A stretch of 64,000 nucleotides of DNA from Candidatus Saccharimonadales bacterium (GTDB lineage Bacteria > Patescibacteriota > Saccharimonadia > Saccharimonadales > JBBQAJ01), in assembly GCA_038206875.1 (NCBI GenBank), contig JBBRAK010000002.1:12333-76332 (forward strand), read 5' to 3'. This document shows positions 58,227 to 64,000 of this stretch, piece by piece. Both the position numbers and the translations under genes were made by a program. The notes beneath the pieces were generated by a model. It had not been told where the DNA came from and ran no database searches. It saw nothing but the letters and a program-made list of their open reading frames with translations. The first letter of the stretch is position 1, and every line of letters starts with the position of its first letter.

Positions 58227-58844
58227 TTAGCTGAGTTTGTTTTTCTCTTTTTTACGTCGTATCAAGATGTTCTTTAGCAAGTGATAAAACATTGGTAGTA
58301 AGCTCACGGACATCGCCAGGAGCACTACTGGCAAAACGAAATGATCTATGTTTGGGATTTTACTGCCAAACAAATACCCAAGCATTGTTATGCCACCTCC
58401 CCAAAGAACACCTCCAAGTACGTTGTACGTCATAAACAGGTTGAAATCCATGTGGGCAACACCTGCAACAACGGCTGCAAATGTTCTGACTATCGGAATG
58501 AATCTGGCAAACAAAATAGTTTTCCCTCCATGAGCCTCGTAAAACCCTTCTGCGCGGGTGATGTATTCTTGTCTAAACAATAAACCATCAGATTTTCTAA
58601 AAACATGTTTCCCCCCACGACTGCCAATTTGATATCCAGCGATGTTACCAACTATACTTGCCAAAATAATGACTACCAGTGCCCAAGCTAATGACAATTT
58701 ACCCTGTGCCGCAAAAACTCCAGCACTTAGTAAAAGTGTGTCCCCCGGCAAGAAAAATCCAACCAAAAGACCGGTCTCGGCAAAAATAATTGCCCCGATT
58801 AATATCAAACCACCACTTTCAATTAATGTTGCTACATCAAACAT
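58227..58844 (-). CDS. DedA family membrane protein
   Basis: GFFLPGDTLLLSAG and ARFIPIVRTF. 205 aa. Confidence 0.85.
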   Translation of the reverse strand: MFDVATLIESGGLILIGAIIFAETGLLVGFFLPGDTLLLSAGVFAAQGKLSLAWALVVIILASIVGNIAGYQIGSRGGKHVFRKSDGLLFRQEYITRAEGFYEAHGGKTILFARFIPIVRTFAAVVAGVAHMDFNLFMTYNVLGGVLWGGGITMLGYLFGSKIPNIDHFVLPVVLLAMSVSLLPMFYHLLKNILIRRKKEKNKLS

Positions 58845-58940
58845 CTATTAAGATTACCTAGTCTATGCAACTTAGTCCATAGCGCATATTAGCCTAATCT
58901 GTTATACTGTTTGAGAATATTTCCAAATTCTGGAGGATAA

Positions 58941-59660
58941 ATGAGCGGCGATACTATTTCAATTGAACTTCAAGAACGTACTGTTTTGCGAAAAGGACTG
59001 CAGAATTTGCGTGCTTCTGGGCAAATACCAGCAGTTATACATAATCACGGCAACGACTCGATACACGTTATGGGTGATGCGGTAAATATGCAAAAAATAT
59101 ACTTATCGGCCGGGAAACACCACCCAGTTCAAGTAACTGTCGGCAAACAACAACACCTAGCGCTTATCAAAGACGTAGATTTTGAACCAGCAAAACATCG
59201 CATGCGCCACGTTGTGTTTCAGGCGATTCGTCAAAATGAAGAAACAGAAGCCGAAGTACCGATTGCATATCTTGAAATCGAAATTCCTGCAGAACGTGCC
59301 AGTTTGTTGGTTCTAAAGCAATTAGACCGTGTGCAGGTAAAAGCTTTGCCCAAAGATTTGCCCAATGAGCTAGTAATTGACCCTAGTGTTTTGGTAGAGG
59401 TAGGCGACCACGTCACAGTTGCTAATCTAGTGGTACCTCAGGGAGTCACAGTTTTAACTGACCCAACCTCTCAAATTGCAGTAGTAGAAATGCCCAAAGA
59501 CCAAGCCGCCGAAGCTGATGCTGCCGCTGAAGCACTCGCTGACGACGCTGGAGCACCTGATGAAGAAGAGACTCCTGCAGGAGACGCTACCTCAGGTGAG
59601 GAATCAGGCCCAGTAGCTGATGAGTCAAAAGACAATAAAGAAACCACAAAAGAAGAATAA
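58941..59660 (+). CDS. rplY: 50S ribosomal protein L25/general stress protein Ctc
   Basis: RKGLQNLRASGQIPAVIHNHG, two-domain Ctc length, acidic tail. Confidence 0.85.
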   Translation: MSGDTISIELQERTVLRKGLQNLRASGQIPAVIHNHGNDSIHVMGDAVNMQKIYLSAGKHHPVQVTVGKQQHLALIKDVDFEPAKHRMRHVVFQAIRQNEETEAEVPIAYLEIEIPAERASLLVLKQLDRVQVKALPKDLPNELVIDPSVLVEVGDHVTVANLVVPQGVTVLTDPTSQIAVVEMPKDQAAEADAAAEALADDAGAPDEEETPAGDATSGEESGPVADESKDNKETTKEE

Positions 59661-59664
59661 AACC

Positions 59665-60186
59665 TCAGCTTAACAAGATTCCACCAATTACGCCCCCTGT
59701 TAAGATAATAAATAGCGGGTTAATCTTCCACCGCGCGATTGCAAGAAACGCACCCACTGTGATGATTAGGTAGACAAGAGAAATGGTGTTTACGCTAAAT
59801 AATTTATAGCCAATAGCGATCAACACACCAGAGGCAGATAACCCAATTGCCATTAAAAAATTGCCAGCTCGTTTATGGTGGATGAAATTACTCAAGTATC
59901 GACCAGATAATATTGCCAATATCACCGGAGTAAGATATATCGCAAAAGTAGCTACGACTGCACCCGACAAACCTCCACCAGCGTAACCTATAAAAGTTGC
60001 AATACTAAATAGCTGTGGGCCAGGAGATGCAAAACCAAATCCCAAAAAAGCCGCAAAGTCCTGAGGAGTCAACCAATGCGTGTGGTCTACCGCCAGGTCA
60101 TAAAAAAGTGATTGGCTACTCCCGGCAAATCCAGCCAAACTTATGATTAATATATAGCCGTATATTGTAATAAGCTGTTCAAACAT
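59665..60186 (-). CDS. chrA: chromate transporter family protein (second half of a split pair)
   Basis: 173-aa polytopic protein, paralogous to the upstream half and overlapping it by 8 nt. Confidence 0.75.
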   Translation of the reverse strand: MFEQLITIYGYILIISLAGFAGSSQSLFYDLAVDHTHWLTPQDFAAFLGFGFASPGPQLFSIATFIGYAGGGLSGAVVATFAIYLTPVILAILSGRYLSNFIHHKRAGNFLMAIGLSASGVLIAIGYKLFSVNTISLVYLIITVGAFLAIARWKINPLFIILTGGVIGGILLS

Positions 60187-60745
60187 GAACTACCTGGTTT
60201 TTTATAGTACTAAACAAGAGGACTGATACCGTTGCAAAAGCGAATATTAAAATTACTGGAACTTCAAAAACCAATTTTGCAATACAAGCGGCAGCAACCG
60301 CCAACCACAAATAATTATTTGACACATGTCGTTTGCCGATTCTATACGCATTACCCAGCACAATGCCACTAACAGAAGCTTGAAGCCCGATTGTGTATCG
60401 ACTAAAATCACTACCTCTAAAGTAAGTAAAGTATATAATTGTAAATATAAAAGTTGCAAACACGGAGGGGATTAAGTATGCCAAAATACAAATTATCGTA
60501 CCACCAACTCCACGTATAAAGTATGCAATTTGCGCAGCCAAAATAATTTGCGTAGCCCCTGGCAATATTTGCCCAGACGCGGTTGAGCTGTGCAGTTGTT
60601 TGTTGGTGAGTACATTGCGTTTTTCAATTAGCTCTCGTTCTAAGATTAACGACGTTGTTGGCCATCCACCGTATGCCCGCACGCCAGTTTTAAAATAGAT
60701 TATAGCTAATTCTTTTGTACTTATCTTGTATGTATCTTTACTCAT
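60179..60745 (-). CDS. chrA: chromate transporter family protein (first half of a split pair)
   Basis: 188-aa polytopic protein in a short-chain CHR pair arrangement. Its start overlaps the upstream ABC gene's stop. Confidence 0.75.
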   Translation of the reverse strand: MSKDTYKISTKELAIIYFKTGVRAYGGWPTTSLILERELIEKRNVLTNKQLHSSTASGQILPGATQIILAAQIAYFIRGVGGTIICILAYLIPSVFATFIFTIIYFTYFRGSDFSRYTIGLQASVSGIVLGNAYRIGKRHVSNNYLWLAVAAACIAKLVFEVPVILIFAFATVSVLLFSTIKNQVVHV

Positions 60746-62492
60746 TCAAAAATCCTCCGGATTGGTGTGACCAAAGTTTTGCATATAAGCCATCTTTTTT
60801 CAAAAGAGCCTCATGACTAGCTTGTTCTCTGATTCGTCCATCATCAAGAACGACAATTCTGTCCATTTTCTGTACAGTGCTCAGCCTATGCGCAATTACT
60901 AATACGGTTCTGCCTTTCATAAGTTTCCAAAGTGCGTCTTGTATGAATTTTTCTGATTCTGAATCTAGTGCGCTGGTGGCTTCGTCAAGTAGCAATATAG
61001 GTGAATCTTTCAACATTGCTCGTGCAATAGCTACTCTTTGGCGTTGACCACCAGAAAGCTTTACGCCTCGTTCTCCAACAAGCGTTTCGTAGCCATCTGG
61101 CAGTTTTGAAATAAATTCGTCTGCATGGGCCCGTTTGCCAGCAGATACAATCTCCGCAATACTGGCACCAGGTCTTCCATAGGCTATGTTTTCACCAAGA
61201 GAACGATGAAAAAGTAGCGGTTCCTGGGGTACGTATGAGATAGCCTTATGCAAATCATCTCGAGTTATCGAGCGAATATCCTGACCGTCGATTAATATTG
61301 CTCCGGATTGAATATCCACATATCTAAGTAATAACTTGGTAATTGTAGTTTTGCCTCCACCACTAGGCCCTACTAGCCCAACTCTTTCGCCTGGTTTTAC
61401 TCCAAAATTAAAGTCTTTAAACAATGCTTCGGAATTTGTATTTCCAACTTCGTATTTGAAATTAATTTTCTGGAACTGAATATATCCGTGGGTAATTTTT
61501 GACACTAACGGATTTATAGGGTCTTGAACGGCCGGCTGGCGTTCAAAGAGCTCCGACATTTCATGAGCGTCTCCCAGTATGCCTTCAAAATACCGGATAG
61601 AAAGAGAAGATTTGTGCAAACTGTCTATAATTCGAATTACATAAACTTGGAATAACAAAAATATGGCAATGCTTATAGAGCCCGATTCAACTGCCCTTAT
61701 ACCGCCTGCAAGTACAACTATCTGGAGCACTACTCCAAATATCGCGATATACAATATGTTCCTAACCCCAACTCGCCAACTGTCTGCATAGGCGTTTTTT
61801 CGCTTAGTATTGATTTTGCTATATCGTCTGATTTCATGTGTCTTTGAAGCAAATGTATCAATCGTTACTGCGTTCGTTAGCGCATCTGCGAGCTCGCCTG
61901 TTTGCTGGCTTTCATAGCCTACGGCTTTTCGACGAATCGGCATGCGTTTGTTGGCTAGATAAGTTATTGCGATAAAAGAAAGTAGCCAAACTATACCAAC
62001 ACTAAAGCCAATCACCGGGTATATATACATTGTTATGGCAATTGCAGCAAAAACCGTACACATCTGACCCCAAAAATCCAAAAAAAACGTTACATGAAAA
62101 AGATCATATGCTTTAGCAAAACGATTTGCTTGTGTGACAAGTGAGCCACTAAAATTATCTGCAAAAAAAGCATAGTCTTGTTTCATTAATTGGTTAAAAC
62201 AATCATTGTATATATCCTCTAAAGAGCGTGAGTGTAAGCGAATACCTATAAAGTAATCAACAAAAAACCACAGTAGAATTCCGCTGGCAAATGAAGCTCC
62301 GGCATAAAACACATTATCTAGTCCGGCATGCCCTGAGGTTACTAGTTCGCCTAATGCTCTAGCAACAAACAGCGGGCTTATTATGGTTTGCAAAACAACA
62401 GCAGGACCAAGTAAAAATAGGCTTGCAAACATCCATGGTCGTCTACGCCAATACGAAAAAAATACAAAGATTGGTTTAAATGTTTCTAGCAC
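60738..62492 (-). CDS. ABC exporter, fused permease/ATPase
   Basis: 584 aa with 6 TMs. GPSGGGKTT, LSGGQRQR, LLLDEATSALD. Confidence 0.9.
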   Translation of the reverse strand: MLETFKPIFVFFSYWRRRPWMFASLFLLGPAVVLQTIISPLFVARALGELVTSGHAGLDNVFYAGASFASGILLWFFVDYFIGIRLHSRSLEDIYNDCFNQLMKQDYAFFADNFSGSLVTQANRFAKAYDLFHVTFFLDFWGQMCTVFAAIAITMYIYPVIGFSVGIVWLLSFIAITYLANKRMPIRRKAVGYESQQTGELADALTNAVTIDTFASKTHEIRRYSKINTKRKNAYADSWRVGVRNILYIAIFGVVLQIVVLAGGIRAVESGSISIAIFLLFQVYVIRIIDSLHKSSLSIRYFEGILGDAHEMSELFERQPAVQDPINPLVSKITHGYIQFQKINFKYEVGNTNSEALFKDFNFGVKPGERVGLVGPSGGGKTTITKLLLRYVDIQSGAILIDGQDIRSITRDDLHKAISYVPQEPLLFHRSLGENIAYGRPGASIAEIVSAGKRAHADEFISKLPDGYETLVGERGVKLSGGQRQRVAIARAMLKDSPILLLDEATSALDSESEKFIQDALWKLMKGRTVLVIAHRLSTVQKMDRIVVLDDGRIREQASHEALLKKDGLYAKLWSHQSGGFLNE

Positions 62493-62511
62493 ATTGATAT
62501 CATTCTACCAG

Positions 62512-64000
62512 TTAATCTTCCAAAAACCCGCCTGTTTGGTGGTCCCATAATTCTGCATATTCACCTTTTTTGGCAATTAGTGCTTTATGGTCGCCGTCTT
62601 CGACTATTGTTCCATTTTTCATAACCAATATCCTGTCCATTTTACGGATAGTACTCAAACGATGCGCGACTACGATTGTAGTACGATTTTTCATGAGATT
62701 GTCCAATGCAGTAGTTATAAATTTTTCACTTTTGCTATCTAACGCGCTAGTGGCTTCGTCCAAAATCAGTATTGGCGCCTTGCTGAGCATAGCTCGGGCG
62801 ATAGCCACGCGTTGTTTTTCACCTCCGGAAAGTTTTATGCCACGCTCACCAACCAATGTATGATATTTTTCTGGCATATCATCAATAAATTCTGATGCAT
62901 GGGCCAACTTTGCCGAATCGTAGACTTCTTGGTCCGAAGCATCTTCACGTCCATAGCGAATGTTTTCCAACAGTGAACGATGAAACAATATTGGTTCTTG
63001 TGGCACAAAGGCAAGTTGACCCCGCAAATCGTCCTGTTTTACTTTAGCAATGTTTTGGTTATCTATGGTTATTGAACCAGTATCTAGGTCGGCAAATCTC
63101 ATAATCATTCTTGTCAAGGTGGATTTGCCAGAGCCAGAATGTCCAACTAAACCTACCTTCTGACCCGCTGGAATTTTCAAATTGAAATTTGTAAATACCT
63201 CACCACTGGAATCAGCGTATGAAAATCCAACATTATTGAATGCAATTGAGCCCTCATGCATGGCAATCTTTTCAGGATTTATTGGGTCCAGCACTTCTGG
63301 AGTAAGATCGAGGATATCTGTCATTTCTGAAGCATCTGCAAAAGCTAGTTCTACTTTTTGGATAGTACGATTCAGATTGAACAACTGATTGTAGATTTGC
63401 ATTATGTATAACTGTGCCGCAAGAACGACAGAGATGTGCACTTTCCCAGTAGTTACAAGATTTATAGACAAATACAAATAGACAAACAAAAACACCACCA
63501 CAAATATCCACCTAACATTTCGAATATGTGCGTCATATTTCCAAGACTTCCATCTTTTTTGATATCGGTCCTCACTCGTCGATTCAAATCGGCGCGATTC
63601 AAATGATTTTCTGGCAAAAATTTTCACGTTCAACATGTTTGTCACGGAGTCTGCAATGTTTGCAGTCACTCTGGAATCAGCCGCTGTCGCACCCCTAGTT
63701 ATAGGAAATTTTTTAACAGTTAGCCAGGCGATAAGGCCAATAAAAAGAACAGCCCAAGTCAGTAATGCTATTCCCAAAACAGGGGCAATAAAAAACAAAA
63801 CAATAATAGCAAAAATTAAAAATATTGTTGCGCTAAAAAGCTCAAAAAAGAACGTGTCTTCTAAAATCTCATAAGACTTTAGAAATCTACTAAATTGAGT
63901 AACTAATGACCCAGCAAAATTGTCACTATAAAACCTATAACTATGCTGTTGCATTTTGGAAAAAACAAATCGCTCAAGATCTCTCAAAGTTTTAGCTTGG
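62512..64000 (-). CDS. ABC exporter, fused permease/ATPase (5' end outside the window)
   Basis: GHSGSGKST, LSGGEKQR, ILILDEATSALD. The frame stays open to the window edge, and the track start at 63987 is a TTG inside the gene. Probable heterodimer partner of the downstream gene. Confidence 0.88.
   Translation of the reverse strand, partial: QAKTLRDLERFVFSKMQQHSYRFYSDNFAGSLVTQFSRFLKSYEILEDTFFFELFSATIFLIFAIIVLFFIAPVLGIALLTWAVLFIGLIAWLTVKKFPITRGATAADSRVTANIADSVTNMLNVKIFARKSFESRRFESTSEDRYQKRWKSWKYDAHIRNVRWIFVVVFLFVYLYLSINLVTTGKVHISVVLAAQLYIMQIYNQLFNLNRTIQKVELAFADASEMTDILDLTPEVLDPINPEKIAMHEGSIAFNNVGFSYADSSGEVFTNFNLKIPAGQKVGLVGHSGSGKSTLTRMIMRFADLDTGSITIDNQNIAKVKQDDLRGQLAFVPQEPILFHRSLLENIRYGREDASDQEVYDSAKLAHASEFIDDMPEKYHTLVGERGIKLSGGEKQRVAIARAMLSKAPILILDEATSALDSKSEKFITTALDNLMKNRTTIVVAHRLSTIRKMDRILVMKNGTIVEDGDHKALIAKKGEYAELWDHQTGGFLED

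Overview
The window looks like a contiguous chromosomal segment of a streamlined bacterium. It uses the standard genetic code (TGA, TAG and TAA all terminate genes). I infer it is Candidate Phyla Radiation / Saccharibacteria-like, from its divergent minimal housekeeping proteins, an LPXTG surface protein, strong one-strand gene bias and few biosynthetic genes. I can support about 57 protein genes, one tRNA-Glu(UUC) and one tmRNA. I saw no rRNA, CRISPR array, IS transposase or reverse transcriptase.

Core gene blocks:
- 0-3.8 kb: MoxR/DUF58 followed by a secreted/LPXTG protein operon.
- 12.9-21.5 kb: pyk-pgk-tpiA, pcrA, an RpfB-like wall hydrolase, rsmA.
- 21.6-23.9 kb: marR-MFS and ssrA.
- 24.5-34.8 kb: HAD and SGNH hydrolases, an Lnt-like protein, a DEAD-box helicase, trehalase, metG-tatD.
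- 35.6-46 kb: cysteine desulfurase, an F-type ATPase cluster in the order b-delta-alpha-gamma-beta-epsilon, mnmA, a response regulator, alaS.
- 46-58.2 kb: ftsA-like, ruvX, mltG, LysM-CHAP, obg, sbcB, exoD, uvrA.
- 58.2-64 kb: dedA, rplY, split chrA, two ABC exporter genes.

Accessory or unusual parts:
1. An integrative element of about 8.8 kb sits at tRNA-Glu. It is driven by a large serine recombinase whose ORF ends antisense inside the tRNA. It also carries a catalytic-domain-only recombinase paralogue with Thr at the nucleophile position, an iteron-like region, an XRE switch, and a cargo operon. That operon encodes a PurB-like lyase fused to a HAD phosphatase, broken by a single in-frame TAG, plus a coupled AAA_28 NTPase.
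2. The tmRNA 3' end is present in three direct copies that bracket a small GIY-YIG gene. The tmRNA also has a non-canonical T-loop and discriminator.
3. A perfect 45-bp duplication of the pcrA 3' end lies 143 bp downstream of the original.
4. The ATPase cluster has no a or c subunit genes in the locus, and it sits between a cysteine desulfurase and mnmA, which are normally adjacent.

All coordinates and motifs were read by hand. Family assignments rest on remembered signature motifs, not on searches.
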